64,000 nt of DNA from Promethearchaeota archaeon (GTDB taxonomy: Archaea; Asgardarchaeota; Lokiarchaeia; Sigyniarchaeales; SOKP01). The position numbers and the translations under genes were made by a program. This document shows, piece by piece, positions 41,887 through 51,105 of the stretch (position 1 is the first letter of the stretch; every line of letters starts with the position of its first letter). The stretch is taken from contig JBHLMP010000002.1 in assembly GCA_048938025.1 (NCBI GenBank), positions 32,001 to 96,000 of the forward strand, given 5' to 3'. The notes beneath the pieces are model-generated. The model was not told the DNA's origin. It ran no database searches and worked only from the letters and a program-made list of their open reading frames with translations.

Positions 41887-42905
41887 CTATTCTGGAGCGG
41901 CACAAGCTGCTGGTCCTTGTTTTAATCGTTTGCTAATAGCTTCAACAGGACAGATTTCTAAACAATTTTGGCATGATTTACAATGCGATTGATCAATACC
42001 TTTCATATGCCATAAACCATCCTCACCTTTTTCTCTAATAATAGCAAAATCAGGACAGATATACCAACATTGAGCACAATCAGTACATTTTTCTTCATCC
42101 CAAATCATATCCCATTCACCCCATGAACCAGTATTTACTTGCTTGCTACCTATCTCTATAACATCTTCATCGCAATACCACACACCAGCTTTATCTACTT
42201 CCTTATACCCCGGTAATCCTGGAAAAACTTGTTGCCAAGAAACTTTTGTATCTTCAGCAAAATTAATTGTAGGAGCATTTGAAGTCTCATATATACAAGT
42301 TTCTTCATAAGCTTTTTTTATAGCTGCTACATTTTTACCAGCGATTTCACCTTTAAACCGACGCAGTATTGCATCAGCTAAAGCATCCATAGAGAAGATT
42401 GGAACCACATGAATAAGTGCTCCTAAAATTATTGTATTAGTTATATTTCTGCCAAGAATTTCCATTGCAATATTTAATGCATCAATCGTTGCGATATTTA
42501 TATCTTTTCGACCAACAATATCTTGAATAGTCCTTTGATCCATGACAGTATTTACTATAAGCCATCCACCGGGAGCCAATCCTGCAGTAACATCTATTTC
42601 ACCAAGAAGAGAGGGATCTAATACTGCGACTGCATGTGGAGCATAAACTTGCTCATTGCTTCTTACTAAATCATCATTTGCACTTAAACGTACATAACTT
42701 TCAGTTGGAGATCCCATTCTTTCGGCTCCAAATAAGGGTTGACAAACACCATACCCGTAAAATGCTTCCACACACAGATTTGAGGCGGTCACTCCGCCTT
42801 GTCCTACGGGAGAGAGAGAAACTCTCAAATCTCTCCGCGGGCATGAAAGCGTAAATTTATAACATTCGATTTTAATATTTCTTTTAATTGTTCTGGAGTT
42901 AACAT
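41887..42905 (-). CDS. porC: POR gamma subunit fused to delta (2x4Fe-4S), interrupted by a 29-nt insert: join(42905..42833,42803..41887), 329 aa after removal
   Basis: Exon 1 is MLTPEQLKEILKSNVINLRFHARG. Exon 2 is GQGGVTASNL...FGAERMGSP...NTIILGAL...CTDCAQCWYICPD...CKSCQNCLEICP. Confidence 0.85.
42804..42832 (-). other. Candidate bulge-helix-bulge (relaxed HBh') mRNA intron, 29 nt
   Basis: Sequence AGAUUUGAGAGUUUCUCUCUCUCCCGUAG. Central helix GCGG/CCGU, both junctions fall after the second bulge base (AG|A, AG|G), internal GA+GAGAG/CUCUC+UC stem. Removal restores the frame and the RGGQG motif. Confidence 0.6.
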
Positions 42906-43051
42906 TTTTGGAAAATCTCTTTAAATTTATTAAAAAGTCAATTTCTATTAAATAAATCTTAGGATTGAATTTAAGTTTTTTATATTAATTTTATAAAAAA
43001 TTCAAGAGATACCCTAAAAAAATTAATACATAAATTTAAATAAAAAACCCA

Positions 43052-44230
43052 TTAAGAAAATTCATTATTTAACTTTTTAACGACTTCCACACATAGAAAT
43101 AGAGTATTTTTCATACTTTCTTTAGAAACTATCCTCATATTATCTTTTTTAGTATGCACTAGTTTTAAACCAGGCTGAGAAGCTATCCAACATGCTTCAA
43201 AACCTTCTTGAACAACAGGCATATAATCAGACCAAGCACCAGTTGGTAAATATATATCCTTAGCTTTAATATTTAATTCCTTTGCGCTCTTAAGAAATAA
43301 TTTATTTAATTTTTTTGAAGAGACTTTTCGTGGTATTCCAAATGAAGTTATTATTCTAATTAGGTCAGTACCTCCAATTAAATCAAAATTAATAAAATAT
43401 GTGGAATTTTTATCAAACTTATCCTTATGTTGTTGTAGAAAACTCTTAATTCCTCCTAGATTCAATTCCTCAGAACTAGTGCACAAAAAGATAAAATCTA
43501 AATTATTTACTAAATTATTCTTGAAATATCTGGCGAGTTCAATGACAACTCCGACTCCTGCTGCGTTATCATAAGCTCCAGGAGAATCATTGCCAGTTTT
43601 ATTAAAAGAATTAAGTATTCCTATAACTGAAACAGTAATACTAATACCTAACAAAACATGATTTAATATTGGTATTTGGTAAGGATTAAATATTTGAATT
43701 ATACTTAAAATTAAATATAATAAGAGAATGATAATCGCTCCTAAAGCAGCAATAATTATAATAATAATCCTCATTGACGAGGAAAATAATTGAGATTTCG
43801 AGTCCCAATGAGCTATGAAAACAACTGTGCCTTTAGAATCACTATTTTTTAAATTACCATAAATATTTTCAGTTTCATAATTTTTCTCTTCATTCTTCAT
43901 AAGCTTTATTTCTGAAGTAGTTGCCATACCAAGAGCTCTAGATGCGACAAAAGCATTTATTATAATCAAAATTAAAGTAATCCACGGATTTATATAAAAA
44001 GAGATGGCTAAAAGAACTAAAAAGAGTCCAATTGGCAAAAATAATAATCGGACTGCAATCCAATTATGAAAAGAAGTTTTAAATTTTTCACGATGAATTG
44101 TATCATACCCCGCTTTTCGAAACTCCTCTAAAACGACTTCAATTGCTTTTTTTTCTCCCTCTGAACCTATTAGACGAGGAAAAGCGAGACGTTCGGTTAT
44201 TCGATATGCATTATCTCCATTAACAGCCAT
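43052..44230 (-). CDS. M28-family metallopeptidase with transmembrane insertions
   Basis: AHWDSK, GAYDNAAG, SEE, SDY and HT..D motifs, with four hydrophobic helices. Confidence 0.82.
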   Translation of the reverse strand: MAVNGDNAYRITERLAFPRLIGSEGEKKAIEVVLEEFRKAGYDTIHREKFKTSFHNWIAVRLLFLPIGLFLVLLAISFYINPWITLILIIINAFVASRALGMATTSEIKLMKNEEKNYETENIYGNLKNSDSKGTVVFIAHWDSKSQLFSSSMRIIIIIIAALGAIIILLLYLILSIIQIFNPYQIPILNHVLLGISITVSVIGILNSFNKTGNDSPGAYDNAAGVGVVIELARYFKNNLVNNLDFIFLCTSSEELNLGGIKSFLQQHKDKFDKNSTYFINFDLIGGTDLIRIITSFGIPRKVSSKKLNKLFLKSAKELNIKAKDIYLPTGAWSDYMPVVQEGFEACWIASQPGLKLVHTKKDNMRIVSKESMKNTLFLCVEVVKKLNNEFS

Positions 44231-44399
44231 TTGATTTATCTTATTTTAAATATCTTCTTATATTATCTATATATTTATCTTTAAAAACTATTCTATTTAA
44301 TATATTTTCAATAAAATCAAGTTTATAGGACTTAGAATATTTTTCTTAATAATAATTAAGCAAGGCTCATAATGATATATACGTATCTCGTCTACTAAG

Positions 44400-45731
44400 A
44401 TGAATTTATCCAAAAAAAAATTACCTTCAAATCCCACTTCTCATAAGATTACGCCAGATTTCGTGCCTATGATTCGAATTGTTTTTTGGAATAGTATGGG
44501 CTTTTTCTTTTTTTCATTTCTGATTCCTTATGTAACAGCTCAACTCTTAGGAGCTTCAGGTACACAATTAGGTTTTATGTATGCTAGTCAAATCTTTGGT
44601 GCGTTAATTAGCGCACCAATAGTTGGATATTTAACTGATCGATTCTCTAAGAAGTTGCTGGTTCTAATTGGAAGTTTTGGTCGTGGAACTTGTTATCTTT
44701 TAATGTATCTAGGAATCATTTTTTCCTCTTTAATAATATTTGCAATTGGTCTGTTTGTTCAAGGATTTTTCGTTGGATTCTTTTGGACTCCTTTAGATGC
44801 ATTAATATCCGAAAAATCCCATAAAACAACTCGATCGTATGCTTTTGGTAAACGAGGGGGAATGATGGGCTGGGGCAATTTTTTTGGGTCCATCCTTAGC
44901 TTTATAATCTTTGGCATTGCTAATTTTTTTGTACCAAATAATAGATTTTTGGTTTATAGCCCTTTAATCTTATTTACCATTTCTAATGTATACGCAGGAA
45001 TTATTTTTAATCGTCATGTAAATGAGGAACTTACATATGACCATTATATTACTAATATATATCCCCCTTCAGTAGAATTTTTTATAGAATCCCAAACTAT
45101 TGATGTTTCTTCTTCTAACTCTCAAACACATAATAATCTAGCTTTTGGTTTTTTAGTAGGATTTATCTTTTTAACCGTTGCATTTATGACTAGCAATATA
45201 AATCAGTCATTAGCTCCCCCCTTCTTTCAAGTGTATTTAATAGATGAGATTGGAGTAAATAATGCTACAATGGTTATGTTAATATATTTCCCGAGTCAAA
45301 TTATAGCTATGCTCCTAGCACCTAAATTAGGTAAGATTTCCGATAAGATAAATCCAATGTTAGGAATTGCTATTGCAAGTAGTTTTGGATCATTGGTTAC
45401 TTGGTTGATTGTTAATACAACCTCAGGATGGGAATTTGGCGTTATTTTAACTTTTGATGCGACATTTGCTTGGGCAGGAATGTTAATTTTACAAAATTTT
45501 GTTAGCCGTGTTTCAAAAAGTCACCGAGGTAAAATTTTTGGATTAACTCAGTGGATGAGTTTATTTGGAGCATTAATAGGCCCCATTTTAGGAGGATTAG
45601 TATGGGATCATATAGGTCCTAAAGCACCATTTATTATATCTATTTTCGTAGAATTATCAGTAATTCCTCTTTATTTTATAGCAATTAGGTTTTTAACTCC
45701 TCATATGGCTGAGAAAATAGAAGAAAATTGA
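44400..45731 (+). CDS. MFS transporter
   Basis: GYLTDRFSKK and GKISDK motif-A repeats, about 12 TM segments. Confidence 0.88.
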   Translation: MNLSKKKLPSNPTSHKITPDFVPMIRIVFWNSMGFFFFSFLIPYVTAQLLGASGTQLGFMYASQIFGALISAPIVGYLTDRFSKKLLVLIGSFGRGTCYLLMYLGIIFSSLIIFAIGLFVQGFFVGFFWTPLDALISEKSHKTTRSYAFGKRGGMMGWGNFFGSILSFIIFGIANFFVPNNRFLVYSPLILFTISNVYAGIIFNRHVNEELTYDHYITNIYPPSVEFFIESQTIDVSSSNSQTHNNLAFGFLVGFIFLTVAFMTSNINQSLAPPFFQVYLIDEIGVNNATMVMLIYFPSQIIAMLLAPKLGKISDKINPMLGIAIASSFGSLVTWLIVNTTSGWEFGVILTFDATFAWAGMLILQNFVSRVSKSHRGKIFGLTQWMSLFGALIGPILGGLVWDHIGPKAPFIISIFVELSVIPLYFIAIRFLTPHMAEKIEEN

Positions 45732-45751
45732 AAAAGAATTTAACAAATCTT

Positions 45752-46672
45752 TCATAAAAACTCCTTATACCATTCAATTGGAAGATTTTCCTTAGCAAGT
45801 TTTAAAAATTCTTCCATTTTTAAAATTCCTAAATCAGAAATAATCCCAGTTATGTATTTCGAAGGAGTTATATCAAAATAATAATTATGGATTTTTAATA
45901 ATTCTTTTTGACTTTCCTCAGAGTATAATTCGTTAGTCGGTTTCTCTTCAATAATAACTTCCTTACCATAATGATCTTTTAAATTATATTTAAAAAAATC
46001 CCCCACCGCATAAACATCAATATTTTTTTCATTAGCTAAGACTGCTAATGGAAATGTACCGATTTTATTTATTATTGAACCATCTTTTAAAATACTGTCA
46101 ACACCAATCAATATTAGATCGATCTGATCAATAAATTTACCCATTGCTGCATCTATTATGAGATTCGTTTTAAAATACGATGATAGGGTTTCGGCAACCC
46201 GTATTCCTTCAAGGAGAGGCCTTGATTCTAAGATAAAAATCTCAAAATCATAATTTTTATTTTCTATTAATTGGTTAATAATAGTTGAACTATAGGATAT
46301 TAACATGATTTTAGGAGAAGAAACTTTTATATTTCTTAAAAAGGTGCGGAAAGCTTTTGTAAGTGCTTTTTCTCTTTCTACTTTATCAACATAAAATTGA
46401 TCTATTCTTTCTTCTAAAATTAATTTATTTACTTTTTCTAAATCATGAATCAAATATCCTATCATATTGATAAGTGGAGCCATACTTGGTCGTGAATCAA
46501 TTATTTGCTTTATTAATTTAAATATTTCTTCTTTAATACTTTCATTTGGTTCTTCAACGGACTTTAACTGTATTTTTACTATTTCAAGAGCTTTATCAAT
46601 TAATTCATTTGCTCCTGATATATTATCATTCCTTAAATCTTCCAACATTAGTTGAATATTAACATTATTCAA
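45752..46672 (-). CDS. eIF-2B alpha/beta/delta (IF-2B) family protein
   Basis: SGA, RPSMAPL, SYSST, ESRPLLEG, GVDSI, NKIGT, FDITP and IISDLG motifs. Confidence 0.85.
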   Translation of the reverse strand: MNNVNIQLMLEDLRNDNISGANELIDKALEIVKIQLKSVEEPNESIKEEIFKLIKQIIDSRPSMAPLINMIGYLIHDLEKVNKLILEERIDQFYVDKVEREKALTKAFRTFLRNIKVSSPKIMLISYSSTIINQLIENKNYDFEIFILESRPLLEGIRVAETLSSYFKTNLIIDAAMGKFIDQIDLILIGVDSILKDGSIINKIGTFPLAVLANEKNIDVYAVGDFFKYNLKDHYGKEVIIEEKPTNELYSEESQKELLKIHNYYFDITPSKYITGIISDLGILKMEEFLKLAKENLPIEWYKEFL

Positions 46673-47043
46673 CTTGGTAATTCCCCTATTTCCGATTTTT
46701 TTATCATAAAATCAATTTTCATTAATAGTTTTTGCACAAATTTTTACACCCAATCAATAGAAATTTTTAAGAATTCTGCATATGACTTTTTATTCTTTCT
46801 TTTTCAGACATATATGATTGTCATCTGTATTATTAATTCATTTAATTACTTATTATAGAATTAATGATTTGATATTAATTAATAAGAGAAAATAAATTTG
46901 TTTTAGTATAATTCTTAAAAGAATATGTTATAACAACTCTTTCTAATAAATTTAATAGATTTACCTTAAAAAGTTGTTAATATAGAATTAAAATAATAAA
47001 AAAAAAAATTTTAATTTTTAAGTCTTCTGAAATAACAGAATTA

Positions 47044-49272
47044 CTATCTGCAGTGGAACCAGGTATACTTGTTTATAGAGAAGCTGTAATCCGCAGGTCC
47101 ATTTAGAGGAGTTATTATCGCAATCATATTTGAACCACCAAAAAGAAATGGGGACAACCAAGCAGTACCATCGTTATTCTCATCAATTACCATATCATAG
47201 ATAAAAGTGTAAATTGTTCTATAATATGCTCTTCTCCTATACCAATATCTCACATGATCTTCTCGAATTAAGGTTACCATGAAATCGTCGATTAAGGGAG
47301 GTATTGGGAAAAAGACTGCATCTGTTGTATCAGCATCTTCAACTAGAATATCACCAATATAAATATTATCAACCCAAAAACCTGGTCTTTCAGTTCCCCA
47401 ATCTGTCATATATCGAAATCCGATCCATACCGTTTGACCCGCATAGGGTGTTAAATCAAAACTCATTGTCATCCAACCATCACTCACACCTGTTAAGCCA
47501 GGTAGATTATCAATTATGTCAGGATAGGCACTAGGATCATGGTCTAATGTTGTATACTCATTTGCTAATGATGTCCAAGTTGCACCTTGATCAGTTGATA
47601 CTTGAACAAATCCATAATCCCAAAGCAATTCGATGTCATAGTATGTGTCAAATGTTAATGTTGAGGCTGCGCTTAAATCAACTTCTATAAACATTTGCAT
47701 ATCTGCTTCAGGTCCAGCAGGAGTAGAATACCATTCTAAATCTCCATCATCATCCATATCTTCCTTTATCCAAGTTGGAAGTATTATACTATCATCTCCA
47801 TTGAATTCGAATGTTGAGAAAAGAGAGTAAAACCCACAAAAACCACCTATATTATGACCAAATCTGATGTAATCTGAAGCGTATGAACTAACATAGTATG
47901 TCTCATATAAAGGAAAGTCATCCCAACATACAGTATGACCAAATCCATAACCAGTTAAATCTTTAGGCCAGTGTGATCCGTCATAATCAACATTATCTTC
48001 AAGATCATACACCCGAATAGGAATAAATATATCTTCATCCCCTAAATCAAAGGTGTCATAGTTATATTTTCCATTCCCAGGCCAGTCTGTATGGATTAAG
48101 TTTGCAATTCGCCAGTCATGAAATACTTCATCGAATGTTAAATCAAATCCAAAATAATTAAGAGCATTCTCAACTCCTGCAAATCCAGGCATCCCTACTT
48201 CCATATAATAGCTTAAGAAGTCAGGTCCACCAAAATGGTCACTGATATAGGCTGTCCACATGAATGCTTGACCATAATCGGCTAATATGTTATTGTCGCC
48301 TTCTTGATCACCCCATTCTGTAAGGGAATTATCTGGGGTGGCTAGGAAATAGTTTATATCTCCTGTTGGCACTCCATAGCCACAGAGATATTCTGCAAAT
48401 GTAGAGAAACCTTCATTCATAATAAGTAGGTCTCCAGGGACGTAATCTGAATGAAGTAGGTGTTGATATTCATGAGCAATTGTGCCTTCATAAAGATGTG
48501 GACGATCAACAGGTGGATAGTCCATACCAAGCACTTCAGAATGCCATACATATCCTTCAGGTCCGATCCTTCTATACCATTGATGACTATCAATAGATAT
48601 GATATTTCTGTCTATATATCTCTCAATTGTAGAGGAAAAGAAACCAGCAATGTAGAATCGAAAACCTTCATAATAAGCAGCATCTCTAACGTTTGAAACT
48701 AAGATAATATTCTTTCCAGTTTCATCGTAGTAATATCCTGGTGGAACATAACCCAAAGCTTCTAATAATGAAGCACTTCCGTCATGATAGTCTGGAGCTC
48801 CATAATAAAGTGTATCCTGTGGATAAATATTATCGTCAAATTCAGCTAACAAATATGCAATTTGAGCATCGGTTATTTCTGGATAATAATAAAAACCATC
48901 CTCATCTTGGTAGGCTGGATTATTTCTTACATCATCTACAGGATAAGATCTATCGAGTTGTACCCAAATCTCTGTATTAGGACTTTCAGCTCTTAATTCA
49001 AAGTCAGTAAAGAAATAATAACCCATATAATCATCAAGGGATAAAAAGGTCTTAACATCACCTACAGCTGCTGCTTTTGTTAGTGAACTTGTAGTTAATC
49101 CCTTGAAATTTATATCATAAGCAAATCTGTCAGGAGTATCGTCAATTATTAATGGTTCAGTATCCAAAATTTCTTCAGGAGTGCTTCCTGTGGTAGTTGA
49201 AATCAGTGATATACTCGCAATATTTATAAATAAGAAGACTACTAGTAATGCGGTTAGTTGATTTTTTTTCAT
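47044..49272 (-). CDS. Secreted zinc metalloprotease (immune inhibitor A / M6-M30-like) with C-terminal beta-sandwich
   Basis: Signal peptide, AHEYQH...NEG gluzincin-type motif, YDIE..WDYGFVQVSTD.G.TW, FDLTPYAG and FRYMTD motifs. Confidence 0.8.
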   Translation of the reverse strand: MKKNQLTALLVVFLFINIASISLISTTTGSTPEEILDTEPLIIDDTPDRFAYDINFKGLTTSSLTKAAAVGDVKTFLSLDDYMGYYFFTDFELRAESPNTEIWVQLDRSYPVDDVRNNPAYQDEDGFYYYPEITDAQIAYLLAEFDDNIYPQDTLYYGAPDYHDGSASLLEALGYVPPGYYYDETGKNIILVSNVRDAAYYEGFRFYIAGFFSSTIERYIDRNIISIDSHQWYRRIGPEGYVWHSEVLGMDYPPVDRPHLYEGTIAHEYQHLLHSDYVPGDLLIMNEGFSTFAEYLCGYGVPTGDINYFLATPDNSLTEWGDQEGDNNILADYGQAFMWTAYISDHFGGPDFLSYYMEVGMPGFAGVENALNYFGFDLTFDEVFHDWRIANLIHTDWPGNGKYNYDTFDLGDEDIFIPIRVYDLEDNVDYDGSHWPKDLTGYGFGHTVCWDDFPLYETYYVSSYASDYIRFGHNIGGFCGFYSLFSTFEFNGDDSIILPTWIKEDMDDDGDLEWYSTPAGPEADMQMFIEVDLSAASTLTFDTYYDIELLWDYGFVQVSTDQGATWTSLANEYTTLDHDPSAYPDIIDNLPGLTGVSDGWMTMSFDLTPYAGQTVWIGFRYMTDWGTERPGFWVDNIYIGDILVEDADTTDAVFFPIPPLIDDFMVTLIREDHVRYWYRRRAYYRTIYTFIYDMVIDENNDGTAWLSPFLFGGSNMIAIITPLNGPADYSFSINKYTWFHCR

Positions 49273-49627
49273 TTTTTTATCAACTCATTTTTTTTTTTTA
49301 TAAATTTTTTTTTTTGGTTCAAAATATCTATTTACTTACACAAAAAGTTGAAATATTTTGAACACATTGAAAGAGTCATAACTTTTTTGAATGTACATTA
49401 CAATCAACTAGAATTACGACATTTTCAATTGATTTTTATAATTGATACCTTCTTATTTAAAATTTTCTTTTTTGTCATGTAAGTAGTAGGAAAAAAGAGA
49501 AATGGGATAGAAATCCCATATCTGATTTTAAAAGAGAGAGAAGTAAGAAGAACTTATTAAAAAGAAGAGATTTAGGTGAGATCTATAAATCTTAAAAATT
49601 TAATTATTTGTATTATTTAAACACTTA

Positions 49628-51067
49628 ATGACTAAGCAAGATCAAACTACCTTAAATATTAAGGATATAACATTTATAAACAAAATTAAATCCATTGCTG
49701 TAATTGGTCCATCGAAAAAGAGAGACTACTTTTTTTTAAGAAACCATGCTGAAAATTTTAAGGGAAATATATATGCAGTACATCCTACAATAAAACAAAT
49801 TCCTGATTTTCCCCGTGAAAAGATATTTCCTTCATTAATGGCTATCCCTGATGAGATTGATTTTGCGTTTATAACTGTTCCTCCATCTCAAATTCTAAAT
49901 GTTATGGATGATTGCGTTGAAAAAGGAGTAAAGTTAGTTACTGTGTTTACTTCTGAGTTTTCTGATGCTGGAACAGAAGAAGGTCTTAAATTAGAAAAGG
50001 AATTAATAAATAGAGCAAATAACAAACTAAGAATTTTAGGACCAAATGGAATGGGTTTATTTTATCCAAAAATAGGACTTGCTTGGCGCCCAAAATTTCC
50101 AAATATTGCCGGTAATATTGGATTTATCGCACAATCTGGTGGGATATGTAATATTGCGGTTTATTCTGCTTGGGAACTAGGTCTTCATTTTTCAAAGGTA
50201 TTTTCCTTTGGAAATGGTGCAGATTTGGATTTTGTAGATTTATTATATTTTCTGAGTAATGATCCTGAGACAGATATTATCTTATGCTATGTAGAAGGAA
50301 TAAAAGAAGGAAGAAGTAATGATTTACAAAAAGTATTAGCACAAAACAAAAAGCCTATGGTAATTTTAAAGGGAGGTCAAACAAGAACAGGTTCAATTGC
50401 AGCAAAGACACATACAGCTTCAATTTCAGGTGATAAACGTCTATGGGAAGCTCTTTTTAGGCAATACAATTTAATTGAGGTAGATACTTTAGAGGAATTA
50501 CTATTTGTAGCACAATTAATAGATTGTTATGGAATTTTTGAAATGACTAACGTAGCAGTATTTAGCATTAGTGGAGGATATGGAGTTATTTTAGTTGATT
50601 TGATTGAAAAAGAGGGAATGAATGTCCCTCCTTTTAGCCCTGATATTCAATCACAATTAAAAGAAAAGTTCTTTTTGCCGGGGACTAGTTCTAATAATCC
50701 ATTAGATATGGCAGCACAATTCTTCTTTAGTAAAACAGTGTATGAAATTATAGATCTTGCTTTATCTGATGAAAAGATAAATGGATTGATTATGGATTTA
50801 CCAAGTTTCTATTTTTCTCGGCATTTTCGTGTAAAGACCGATCTTGCATTTGAAAATGAGATGATTGAAAGTTTGTGTTTAGGTCATAAACATAAAAAGC
50901 CACTAATTCCGATTATTCAACATGTTAATTGCCCCGATGAGAGAGCAAGAGCTTTAAAGAAATTAATTGAAAGAAAAGTTCCAGTTTTTGCTAATCCTCT
51001 TGAAGTAATTCCGTTATTATCCAAAATTGCTAAATATAAAAGAAATTTGCAACTAAATCCTTTTTAA
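49628..51067 (+). CDS. NDP-forming acyl-CoA synthetase alpha-subunit-like (CoA-binding) protein
   Basis: GPNGMG, AQSGG, YVEG, THTASI, SGGYG and NPLD motifs. Confidence 0.88.
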   Translation: MTKQDQTTLNIKDITFINKIKSIAVIGPSKKRDYFFLRNHAENFKGNIYAVHPTIKQIPDFPREKIFPSLMAIPDEIDFAFITVPPSQILNVMDDCVEKGVKLVTVFTSEFSDAGTEEGLKLEKELINRANNKLRILGPNGMGLFYPKIGLAWRPKFPNIAGNIGFIAQSGGICNIAVYSAWELGLHFSKVFSFGNGADLDFVDLLYFLSNDPETDIILCYVEGIKEGRSNDLQKVLAQNKKPMVILKGGQTRTGSIAAKTHTASISGDKRLWEALFRQYNLIEVDTLEELLFVAQLIDCYGIFEMTNVAVFSISGGYGVILVDLIEKEGMNVPPFSPDIQSQLKEKFFLPGTSSNNPLDMAAQFFFSKTVYEIIDLALSDEKINGLIMDLPSFYFSRHFRVKTDLAFENEMIESLCLGHKHKKPLIPIIQHVNCPDERARALKKLIERKVPVFANPLEVIPLLSKIAKYKRNLQLNPF

Positions 51068-51105
51068 AAGATCCCCTTATTGAACTAAAAGCAAGAAATA
51101 AATAT

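Noticed and set aside
42804-42822. Spliceosomal-looking GT...polypyrimidine...TAG|G segment in the porC insert
   Set aside because: Removing this 19-nt GT-AG piece leaves the in-frame TGA upstream and does not restore RGGQG. The frame-restoring 29-nt insert does not begin with GT.
42825-42827. TGA in the porC insert as selenocysteine
   Set aside because: Readthrough meets TAG six codons later, does not reach the PorC frame, and the site is not a Cys position.
41887-42828. ORF-track TTG start at 42828 as the real porC start
   Set aside because: It would discard the conserved first beta-strand and RG of the RGGQG motif, which are encoded upstream behind an ATG in another frame.
46652-49482. 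Intergenic ORFs 46652-46858 and 49258-49482
   Set aside because: They are F/I/N-rich translations of AT-rich spacer DNA that overlap the starts of opposite-strand genes.
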